A DNA stretch of 32,000 bases, taken from assembly GCA_963692945.1 (NCBI GenBank), contig OY843585.1, positions 240,001 through 272,000 on the forward strand. The letters are read 5' to 3'. This DNA is from Bdellovibrionales bacterium. Its GTDB lineage: Bacteria; Bdellovibrionota; Bdellovibrionia; Bdellovibrionales; UBA1609. The notes beneath the pieces are model-generated. The model did not search any database and was not told the origin of the DNA. It was given only the letters and a program-made list of their open reading frames with translations. Both the position numbers and the translations under genes were made by a program. Positions 20,464-27,278 of this stretch are shown here, in pieces. Numbering within the stretch: the first letter of the stretch is position 1; each line of letters opens with the position of its first letter.

Positions 20464-21011
20464 TGCTGTTCTTCTATCTGTTTAAAAAATTCTTGATAAA
20501 ATTTTTGTTGAACTTCTGGTTTTAGAGATTCCTTTTTAAGAAGAGGGTCGGCTCTCTCTACAATTCTTTTCTGCCACTTCTTAAAAGAATCTCGTTTTAT
20601 TTTTTCTGATTCTAAGTGACCAAAAAACTCTTCTTCTGATTTCAGTCGTTTTTTTAAATCTGTAATTTCTTTTTCTTTTTCTGCAACCCATTTCTTGCCT
20701 TCTTTTTCAGCGTCTTCTTTCACGGTTTGTTCTTTAACATCAAGTTCTTTTATTTTTGTTTGCCACTGCTGAAGTTTTGCTTCTAGATCTTTTCTTTGTT
20801 TTTTGGCTTGCTCTTCAAAAAGAAGGAAGTCTTTTCGTCTCTTTTGATAAAGATTTCGCACCGGCTTTTTTATAATAAAAAGAAAGGCTATAAAAAACAA
20901 GGAGAAGTTAAAAAATTGAAAAAAAATCTCTTTAGATGGGATTCCTTTTCCCGAAGAAGCCTCTGCCCAACAAGAAAAGACCAGAAAAAAAATCCAGAAA
21001 AAACCTTTCAT
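20460..21011 (-). CDS. atpF: Fo ATP synthase b subunit
   Basis: 183 aa. It has an N-terminal hydrophobic segment or segments followed by a long, highly charged Lys/Glu-rich helix. It lies upstream of atpH. Confidence 0.7.
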   Translation of the reverse strand: MKGFFWIFFLVFSCWAEASSGKGIPSKEIFFQFFNFSLFFIAFLFIIKKPVRNLYQKRRKDFLLFEEQAKKQRKDLEAKLQQWQTKIKELDVKEQTVKEDAEKEGKKWVAEKEKEITDLKKRLKSEEEFFGHLESEKIKRDSFKKWQKRIVERADPLLKKESLKPEVQQKFYQEFFKQIEEQQ

Positions 21012-21457
21012 GTTTTTCCTACCATTTTATCAACAAGGGACTGCACAAGATGAGGCATGTCTTTTTCCAACTTTTGTTCTTCTTGATTCTTATCTTTTAA
21101 AATCTGACTTCTTTGACTCTCCAATCTCTTTCTTTGCTCCTCCTCCAAAATCAATTTGTTTTTTTGAAAGGATTTTTCAGATTCTTCTTTAATGCGACCA
21201 AACACATCTTGAAATTTCTGATTCAATGTTTGAGCTTTTTGAGAATACTTTTTTTCAAGATTGACTATCTTTTCTTCTACTTCTTTACTTTTTGAAAAAC
21301 TTCCTTTGGTCCGCTCTCTTCTTTTTTCAACATCTTGGTAATATCTTAATAGAAAAAGTTTTTTTACTACAAAATAAAGGAGTGTAATAATAATAAGCTG
21401 GTAAAAAAAAGTATGATCTAAACCAACTGTTTCTATAAAGTCTTTAAAAAGGGACAT
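21008..21457 (-). CDS. Fo ATP synthase b' (second b-type) subunit
   Basis: 149 aa. It has a single N-terminal TM helix (FFYQLIIITLLYFVV) and a charged coiled coil. It overlaps atpF by 4 nt and is the first gene of this atp cluster. Confidence 0.65.
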   Translation of the reverse strand: MSLFKDFIETVGLDHTFFYQLIIITLLYFVVKKLFLLRYYQDVEKRRERTKGSFSKSKEVEEKIVNLEKKYSQKAQTLNQKFQDVFGRIKEESEKSFQKNKLILEEEQRKRLESQRSQILKDKNQEEQKLEKDMPHLVQSLVDKMVGKT

Positions 21458-21471
21458 AGATACCTGAAAAA

Positions 21472-21500
21472 TCTATAACTTTTAAACCGAAAAGGGTCAA
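21472..21500 (-). promoter_or_regulatory. Candidate sigma70-type promoter for the atp cluster
   Basis: On the minus strand, TTGACC (21500-21495) is separated by a 17-nt spacer from TATAGA (21477-21472). Only 14 nt separate the -10 box from the ATG at 21457, so the leader would be very short. Confidence 0.35.
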
Positions 21501-21625
21501 GACTCCCCTTAGTATTTTTAACCTTATTTAAGCAACCTTATTTTTATAGTTTTGAACCTTTCTTTTTCTGTCATTTTTGGCCTTCCTGTTTCATTTTGAG
21601 AATTTTTTACTTAACTTAGTTTTTT

Positions 21626-21654
21626 TTGCAATACTTGCTTGCTGGGGCTATAAT
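21626..21654 (+). promoter_or_regulatory. Near-consensus sigma70 promoter, TTGCAA-17 nt-TATAAT
   Basis: The -35 box TTGCAA is at 21626-21631 and the perfect -10 box TATAAT is at 21649-21654, with a 17-nt spacer. The A of an ATG (21661) is the 7th nt after the -10 box, the expected transcription start. Confidence 0.55.
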
Positions 21655-21682
21655 ATTTATATGTCATTAAATAAATTTTTCA

Positions 21683-21691
21683 CCCCCCCCC
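21683..21691 (+). repeat. C9 homopolymer (candidate slipped-strand phase-variation tract)
   Basis: Nine consecutive C residues in an AT-rich intergenic region, 22 nt downstream of the ATG at 21661 and 76 nt upstream of the TTG start of the 273-codon ORF. Confidence 0.9.
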
Positions 21692-21766
21692 TCTTACTTC
21701 AATAGATGTAAGTCTTTTCTCGTTTACAAACTCTTCTCCCCTATAAACAATCCTCAAGGTTCAACT

Positions 21767-22588
21767 TTGCTCTCGGTCTTAATAGCCAGTGCAATAGGGG
21801 CAATCCTTATTGCAGGAATGGGAAATGCTTTGGTCTCTCAGTCTCAATCCCAATATAAAATTCAAAAAAAATACAAAAGAGATTGGGCTAAAATGAAAAT
21901 CTATCTAGCCATAAACAATTTGGCCACAAACCCTCCTAATCCAAGACCAAGCTCTGCTTGCAAAAAAGAAATTGAAAGAGTTTTAAAATCACAAGATTTG
22001 ATAAGACCTATTGAAGTTACAGACCCAAGCAAAAGCACAGGGGCTAACTTTGAATTAAGCCTTGATAAAGATGATGCAAAATTTACTTTAGATGAGGGAG
22101 TCACTTTAGAGCAATGTTGTGAACTTTATAAACAACCCGACCCCGAAGATGCTTCAAGAACAATAGACAGATGTGGTAGAGTGGCCTCCTTACCCGCATC
22201 TGTTACACCAGGAATAGATCATTGTCATAAAGCTTTTAGCATAAATTTTCAAAGATATGTTTATGGTTGTCGGAAAGGAAGAGGAACTGGTAGAGGAACA
22301 ATTTCAATAGGAGATGTAACACTCCCTGTTGGAACTCAACACTTACTGGTGAGGTTTCGTGCCTCTGTTAGAAAGCAGGGAGCCTGTGGACCTTTTTATG
22401 CTACTTTGCCACCCCTGACTTGCAATCCAGACGGAACAGTAACGCCAAAAACAATCACATTATCTAGACATTCAAAGAGTTATTATCGTCGCAGTAAGCC
22501 CTCTGGGTACACTGAATTTTTAACAAGCACTTCTGCTAGCGCTCACGGATACCATAGGATACAGTTTTACAAAAAACCTAAGCCCTAG
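21767..22588 (+). CDS. Orphan Cys-rich secreted or membrane-anchored protein with a type IV (pseudo)pilin-like N-terminal helix
   Basis: 273 codons from a TTG start. The N-terminus LLSVLIASAIGAILIAGMGNALVSQ is preceded in frame by ..NNPQGST, resembling a prepilin G|(F/S)TLL.VLIA segment. It has 8 Cys. I recognised no other family motif. The frame is open upstream to 21671. Confidence 0.55.
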   Translation: MLSVLIASAIGAILIAGMGNALVSQSQSQYKIQKKYKRDWAKMKIYLAINNLATNPPNPRPSSACKKEIERVLKSQDLIRPIEVTDPSKSTGANFELSLDKDDAKFTLDEGVTLEQCCELYKQPDPEDASRTIDRCGRVASLPASVTPGIDHCHKAFSINFQRYVYGCRKGRGTGRGTISIGDVTLPVGTQHLLVRFRASVRKQGACGPFYATLPPLTCNPDGTVTPKTITLSRHSKSYYRRSKPSGYTEFLTSTSASAHGYHRIQFYKKPKP

Positions 22589-22920
22589 ATTTTCTTGGAA
22601 GAGCCCTCAAAGAAAACGCCGTCTTTGATAGATAAAGAGGGGCTTGAAACCTCTCCCGAAAACCTTGCTGGTGGCTCCATAAGAACACTTTTCTTCGCTA
22701 AAACTTTCCCTGAAAACTCCCCTAACAAAATAAGATGATCCACCTCAATAGTGGCTTCTATTTTAGCCGTAGACTCTATAAGTAAAGTTCCCTGAGCTTT
22801 TATAAGACCTTTAAAGACCCCACCTATTCGCGTTGAACCTTTAAAGCGAAGCTCGCCCTCAAAAAAAGAATCTTCTCCAAGAAGTGCTTGTATGGAATCT
22901 AAATCAGAAAAGGTTTTTAT
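22585..22920 (-). CDS. Bactofilin (DUF583 / CcmA-like polymer-forming cytoskeletal protein) lacking a canonical start codon
   Basis: Absent from the ORF track. My own translation of the minus strand is (ATA)KTFSDLDSIQALLGEDSFFEGELRFKGSTRIGGVFKGLIKAQGTLLIESTAKIEATIEVDHLILLGEFSGKVLAKKSVLMEPPARFSGEVSSPSLSIKDGVFFEGSSKKI*. It shows the typical bactofilin beta-helix repeat pattern. The frame is closed by TAG at 22926-22924. The only early start candidate is ATA (22920-22918), 8 nt after a GGAG. Confidence 0.75.
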   Translation of the reverse strand: MKTFSDLDSIQALLGEDSFFEGELRFKGSTRIGGVFKGLIKAQGTLLIESTAKIEATIEVDHLILLGEFSGKVLAKKSVLMEPPARFSGEVSSPSLSIKDGVFFEGSSKKI

Positions 22921-23771
22921 TTTCTAATCTCCTGCAACTTACTTAAAAGATCTTTAAGCTCTTCTTCTGAATCAAAAGTAAAAGACAGCTTCCCTTTTTG
23001 TTGAGAGGAAAAATCAAGACGAACTTTTCTAAAAAAGATTTGTTCCAAACGAGACAAACTTTTAGAAACCCAAGGAGGAAGAAGTTTTTGTTTTTTAGAA
23101 GTTTTTGTTTTTTTATAAAGCCCCACTAAAGAGCGAACCGTCAGCCCTCCTTTTATACATTGCCTAGCTAACTCTCTTTGTTTTTTAGGATCTTTAAAAC
23201 TCAAAATCTCTTTAGCTTGACTAAAAGAAATCTGACCTTGCTCTAAAAACTCTTGCACCTTTTGATCCAACTGTAAAAGACGAAGGCTGTTTGTAAGAGA
23301 GCTTCTAGAAAGACCAAGAGTTTTAGCTAGCTCTTCTTGGCTAAGCTTTTGTTCTTGCAAAAGGGTTTTGTAAGCTCTTGCTTCCTCTAAGGGATTGAGG
23401 TCTTTTCTTTGAAGGTTTTCCAGTAAAGCCCAAAGAGGAGCTTCTTTTGGTTTCGGGGTTTTTACAATCGCTGGAATTTTATGTAGTCCAGCTTGTGTGG
23501 CCGCTCTCCATCTTCGCTCTCCAGCAATGATTTCATAAGAACCTCCTTTAGCTTGAACTAAAATAGGTTGTAGCACCCCATGGTTTTTTATAGACTGACA
23601 AAGCCCTTCAAGGTCTGCTTTTTCAAACTTTTTTCTTGGCTGACTTTGGTTTGGAAAAATCTTTTCTATGCCTAAGAGCAACACTTGCAACGATGTTTTA
23701 GAAGAAGGTCCCAGGAGAGAATCTAAGCCCCTGCCGAGTCTATCATTTTTCTTCAAAGATTGAATCTCCAT
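22917..23771 (-). CDS. parB: Chromosome partitioning protein ParB/Spo0J
   Basis: 284 aa. It has the ParB box IIAGERRWRAA, LNPLEEA, and the HTH region SQEELAKTLGLSRSSLTNSLRLL. Confidence 0.95.
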   Translation of the reverse strand: MEIQSLKKNDRLGRGLDSLLGPSSKTSLQVLLLGIEKIFPNQSQPRKKFEKADLEGLCQSIKNHGVLQPILVQAKGGSYEIIAGERRWRAATQAGLHKIPAIVKTPKPKEAPLWALLENLQRKDLNPLEEARAYKTLLQEQKLSQEELAKTLGLSRSSLTNSLRLLQLDQKVQEFLEQGQISFSQAKEILSFKDPKKQRELARQCIKGGLTVRSLVGLYKKTKTSKKQKLLPPWVSKSLSRLEQIFFRKVRLDFSSQQKGKLSFTFDSEEELKDLLSKLQEIRK

Positions 23772-23789
23772 AATAAAAAATCCCTCGTT

Positions 23790-24566
23790 TTAAGCTTGCA
23801 ACGAAGAGCTTGATATCTTTTTATCAAATTCAGCAGAAAGATCAAAGTATCTCCTCGCACCTAGCGACTTAGGATCGTATTGGAAAATAGATTTTCCAAA
23901 ACTAGGAGCTTCACTTAAACGAACGTTGCGGGGGACAATGGTTTGAAAAACTTTATCTTCAAAATGTTTTCTAACTTCTGATTCCACTTGATGAGACAAC
24001 TTGTTACGACCATCAAACATAGTGAGCAAGATTCCTTCTAACTTTAAATCGGGATTGAAATTCTCTCTCACTCGGCGAATGGTTTCTATAAGCTGTCCCA
24101 ACCCCTCTAAAGCATAGTACTCACATTGAAGAGGCACTATAAAGCGATGAGAAGCTGTTAGAACATTAACCGTTAGAAAGCCAAGCGACGGGGGGCAATC
24201 TATAAATATAAAATCAAAAGAATCTTCCACAGGTTTTAAACATTCTTTAAATAAAAACTCCCAAGAATCTTCTTGAAAAAATTCGGCTTCAGCTCCTGCG
24301 AGATGACTATCACTAGATATTAAAAAAAGGTTATCCAAATCCGATTTTTGAATAGTCTTTTCCAAAGATGTTTTTCTGCAAATGGCCTCGTAGATAGAAG
24401 GCTTTTTTGAATCAACATTGAAAGCTCGTGAAGCATTTCCTTGAGGATCCATATCTATAAGAAGTGTTTTATAATTTCTAAGTGCTAAAGCGGTGGAAAG
24501 ATTTACAGATGTTGTGGTTTTCCCAACCCCACCTTTTTGGTTAACCAAGCTGATAATGTGTCCCAT
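23790..24566 (-). CDS. parA: Chromosome partitioning ATPase ParA/Soj
   Basis: 258 aa. It has the deviant Walker A NQKGGVGKTTT, LLIDMDPQGN and FIFIDCPPSLG. Confidence 0.95.
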   Translation of the reverse strand: MGHIISLVNQKGGVGKTTTSVNLSTALALRNYKTLLIDMDPQGNASRAFNVDSKKPSIYEAICRKTSLEKTIQKSDLDNLFLISSDSHLAGAEAEFFQEDSWEFLFKECLKPVEDSFDFIFIDCPPSLGFLTVNVLTASHRFIVPLQCEYYALEGLGQLIETIRRVRENFNPDLKLEGILLTMFDGRNKLSHQVESEVRKHFEDKVFQTIVPRNVRLSEAPSFGKSIFQYDPKSLGARRYFDLSAEFDKKISSSSLQA

Positions 24567-24694
24567 GATGCGTCCCTTTTTGAATAGTCTTACAACAAAA
24601 AAAGAATTTGTCTAATGCTCTTTTTCCTCTTTAGGCTTTGGTCTAGGTTTTGAATACTCTTTGACCATTCAAATCTTTAAAAGCCTTATTTTTA

Positions 24695-24714
24695 AAGGTT
24701 CTGCATGGAACCTT
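24695..24714. promoter_or_regulatory. Inverted repeat AAGGTTC-TGCATG-GAACCTT upstream of parA
   Basis: Perfect 7-bp arms with a 6-nt spacer, 129 nt upstream of the parA ATG. No flanking T-run on either strand, so it is not a typical intrinsic terminator. Confidence 0.3.
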
Positions 24715-24770
24715 ATTGATGAGGAATGTTATTTTTTAGGCCTTTTCTAACAATTTTTGGGGTTTTTTAA

Positions 24771-24786
24771 TGTTCCACACAGAACA
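24771..24786. promoter_or_regulatory. Inverted repeat TGTTC-CACACA-GAACA immediately after the rsmG stop (weakly parS-like)
   Basis: 5-bp arms. It shares the GTTC-N6-GAAC core with the palindrome at 24695. It matches 11 of 16 positions of the parS consensus TGTTTCACGTGAAACA, by my own alignment. Confidence 0.25.
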
Positions 24787-25386
24787 TCAAGGCTTGAAAT
24801 GCCTTACTTTTAAAAGAACTCTTTTTGAGTTTTCTATCTCATAACTCTTAAAAACTTCTGCTGAAAACGCACTGTTTTCAAGCCAATCCTTCTCCCACAA
24901 AGCCGTTTTCCACAAAAAAGCCTCCCCCTTTTCTTTGTCTAAAATTTTCTCTAACACCTTTAAAACCTCTTGCAGTGAGGCTGTAGCCTGAGACAAAACT
25001 TTTTTAAACAAAACCCCTATGTCTTCAGCATTTTTACATAAAATTTCTACATTATTGACCTGTAGGTTAAAAACTGTGCTTTTTAAAAACTCTGCTTTTT
25101 TCCTGTTTCTTTCACATAAGATAAAGCCGGTTTCTGGGTATAAAATACTACAAACAAGGCCTGGAAAACCGTTTCCGCTGCCTAGATCTAAAACTTTTTC
25201 CTTAGAATTTTTTAAAATATCTTCCAACAAAGGCACGGAACAAAGGCTCTCTTTTAGGAGAGTTTCTATTTGTTTTTCAAAGTTTTTTCTAGAAAAAAGG
25301 TTGATCTGGCTATTGCCTTCAATCAAGAACCCTTTAAAAGCTTCTATCTGATTTTTTTGCTTTTGGTTGAAAAAAAGATCTTTCAT
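24787..25386 (-). CDS. rsmG: 16S rRNA (guanine527-N7)-methyltransferase RsmG/GidB
   Basis: 199 aa. It has the SAM-binding motif VLDLGSGNGFPGL, lies downstream of mnmG, and its start overlaps the mnmG stop by 4 nt. Confidence 0.88.
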   Translation of the reverse strand: MKDLFFNQKQKNQIEAFKGFLIEGNSQINLFSRKNFEKQIETLLKESLCSVPLLEDILKNSKEKVLDLGSGNGFPGLVCSILYPETGFILCERNRKKAEFLKSTVFNLQVNNVEILCKNAEDIGVLFKKVLSQATASLQEVLKVLEKILDKEKGEAFLWKTALWEKDWLENSAFSAEVFKSYEIENSKRVLLKVRHFKP

Positions 25387-27275
25387 TTTAATTCAGATAA
25401 AGGCCTGGTTTTTAATCGTTCTTTAGATTTTAAATGCAGAAAAAGTGCTTGGACAGCTGTGGGCTTTACACCACTGATTCGGCTGGCTTGACCAAGAGTT
25501 TTTGGCTGAATATGGGTTAATTTTTCACGATCTTCTATAGAAAGCCCGCGAACTTGTTCAAAGTTAATACCATTTATTTTAGTGTTTTCCATTGTTTCAA
25601 GGCTTTTTAGAAGTTCTTTTTGTTTTGTAATATAACCAGAGTATTTGATTTCAATTTCTACCCCAGACAAAACTTCCCTGTCCATTGTTTCAATACCTTC
25701 CAAAAATTCTTTAAGATCTTTTAAAGCCAACTCAGGTCTTTTTAAAAGTTCAGATAGTTTTTGTGGTTTTAAAAGGGGTTTTGTTCCTAAATTTTGAAGT
25801 TTTCTTTGTGTTTCTTCGTTTGGCACAATTTGATAGCCATAAAGTTTTTTTAAAAGAGTTTCTCTTTTTCTTAGAGTCTCTTCAATCTTCTTTTTTCTTT
25901 TTAAAGATAGAAAATGATGTCTTTGAGCCAGAGGGTAAAGTCTTTCCCAAACATTGTCCTCTCTTAAAATAAGCCTATGCTCTGCTCTAGAGGTGAACAT
26001 TCGGTATGGCTCTTTTGTTCCTTTTGTTACAAGGTCGTCTATCAACACTCCTATATAAGATTCATGTCTTTTTAAAACCACTTCTTGCCTATCTAAAACT
26101 TTGTGACTGGCATTGATCCCTGCAACCAACCCTTGTCCAGCGGCTTCTTCATAACCACTGGTTCCGTTAATTTGACCTGCTAAAAATAAATTTTTTATCT
26201 TTTTAGTTTCCAAGCTGTGGTAGAGATCTAGAGGGTCAACAAAATCATATTCAACAGCGTAGCCTGGTCTTAGTATTTTTAGATTCTCTAATCCCGGAAT
26301 AGTTTTTAAAAATTTTTCTTGAACCTCTTCAGGTAAACTGGTGGAAAGACCTTGAATGTAAATAGAGTTTGTATCTAAACCTTCTGGCTCCAAAAAAGTT
26401 TGGTGACGAGTTTTATCCTTAAAACGAATCACTTTATCTTCAACGCTGGGGCAGTACCTTGGTCCTAATCCTGTAACGGCTCCCGTAAAAAGAGGGGAGT
26501 CTTTAAGGTGCTTCCTTATGATTTCGTGAGTTTTTTCATTTGTGTAAGTTAGGTAGCAAGCTATTTGCGGTAGGGTTGGTTTTGATGAGCTCAATAAACT
26601 AAAAGGACAAAACTCTTTGTCGCCTTCTTGAATTTTAGTTTTTTCCCACTGAATAGAATCTTTGTGAACCCTTGGTGGCGTCCCTGTTTTCAATCGTTGA
26701 ACTTTAAACCCTAATTCTTGAAGTTGATCTGAAAGCCCCGTTGTTGATTTATCTCCTACACGACCTCCCTCTTCTTGTTTTCCACCTATATGCATAACGG
26801 CTTTCATAAAAGTTCCCGTTGTAATGAGAGTGGTCTTTCCTAAAATAGTCACATCTTCTTTGGTAATAACTCCAATACAGATTTTATTTTTTATATAGAG
26901 TTTTTTTATTTCTAAGTTTCTAAGTTCAATATTTTTTTCATTGAGAACAAATTCTTTCATTTTTTTTGTATAAATTCTTTTATCACATTGCATGCGTCTC
27001 CCACGAACAGCAGGCCCTTTCCTTTGATTGAGTCTTTTAAATTGAATGCAAGATTCATCCGCAGCTAAGGCCATCTGACCTCCTAAAGATTCTATCTCAC
27101 GAACAATATGACCCTTAGCTAATCCTCCTATGGCTGGGTTACAGCTCATAAAAGAAATGCGATCTGTATTTGTCGTTGCAAGAAGCACATTCAGTCCAAG
27201 ACGAGCTCCAACAAAAGCTGCCTCCACTCCAGCGTGCCCCGCTCCAACAACGATCATGTCATAAGATTTTTTCAT
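25383..27275 (-). CDS. mnmG: tRNA uridine-5-carboxymethylaminomethyl modification enzyme MnmG/GidA
   Basis: 630 aa. Motifs are the FAD-binding VVGAGHAGVEAA, SCNPAIGG.AKG, GPRYCPSVEDK and FLAGQINGTSGYEEAA. Confidence 0.97.
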   Translation of the reverse strand: MKKSYDMIVVGAGHAGVEAAFVGARLGLNVLLATTNTDRISFMSCNPAIGGLAKGHIVREIESLGGQMALAADESCIQFKRLNQRKGPAVRGRRMQCDKRIYTKKMKEFVLNEKNIELRNLEIKKLYIKNKICIGVITKEDVTILGKTTLITTGTFMKAVMHIGGKQEEGGRVGDKSTTGLSDQLQELGFKVQRLKTGTPPRVHKDSIQWEKTKIQEGDKEFCPFSLLSSSKPTLPQIACYLTYTNEKTHEIIRKHLKDSPLFTGAVTGLGPRYCPSVEDKVIRFKDKTRHQTFLEPEGLDTNSIYIQGLSTSLPEEVQEKFLKTIPGLENLKILRPGYAVEYDFVDPLDLYHSLETKKIKNLFLAGQINGTSGYEEAAGQGLVAGINASHKVLDRQEVVLKRHESYIGVLIDDLVTKGTKEPYRMFTSRAEHRLILREDNVWERLYPLAQRHHFLSLKRKKKIEETLRKRETLLKKLYGYQIVPNEETQRKLQNLGTKPLLKPQKLSELLKRPELALKDLKEFLEGIETMDREVLSGVEIEIKYSGYITKQKELLKSLETMENTKINGINFEQVRGLSIEDREKLTHIQPKTLGQASRISGVKPTAVQALFLHLKSKERLKTRPLSELK

Positions 27276-27278
27276 TCT

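Noticed and set aside
21010-21295. Plus-strand 60-85 aa ORFs (20796-21053, 21010-21192, 21113-21295) antisense to the atp b/b' genes
   Set aside because: They mirror Lys/Glu-rich coiled-coil coding sequence, which gives F/L-rich antisense ORFs by composition alone.
21520-21543. Direct repeat AACCTTATTT (21520-21529 and 21534-21543), with CCTTATT also at 24684 and 24711
   Set aside because: CCTTATT also occurs inside coding regions, for example around 447 and 3386. In AT-rich DNA this short motif is not clearly above chance, and I could not compute enrichment.
22855-22875. Apparent frameshift in the bactofilin ORF at the A7/T7 run (22861-22867)
   Set aside because: My first reading counted 8 T. 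A recount of the printed sequence gives 7, and the ORF then reads through in one frame from 22920 to 22585 with no frameshift.
25019-25491. 110-aa and 73-aa plus-strand ORFs across rsmG and the mnmG 3' end; also 25763-25972 and 27700-28062 antisense to mnmG and mnmE
   Set aside because: All are antisense to well-supported housekeeping genes and have low-complexity F/L/S/K-rich translations.
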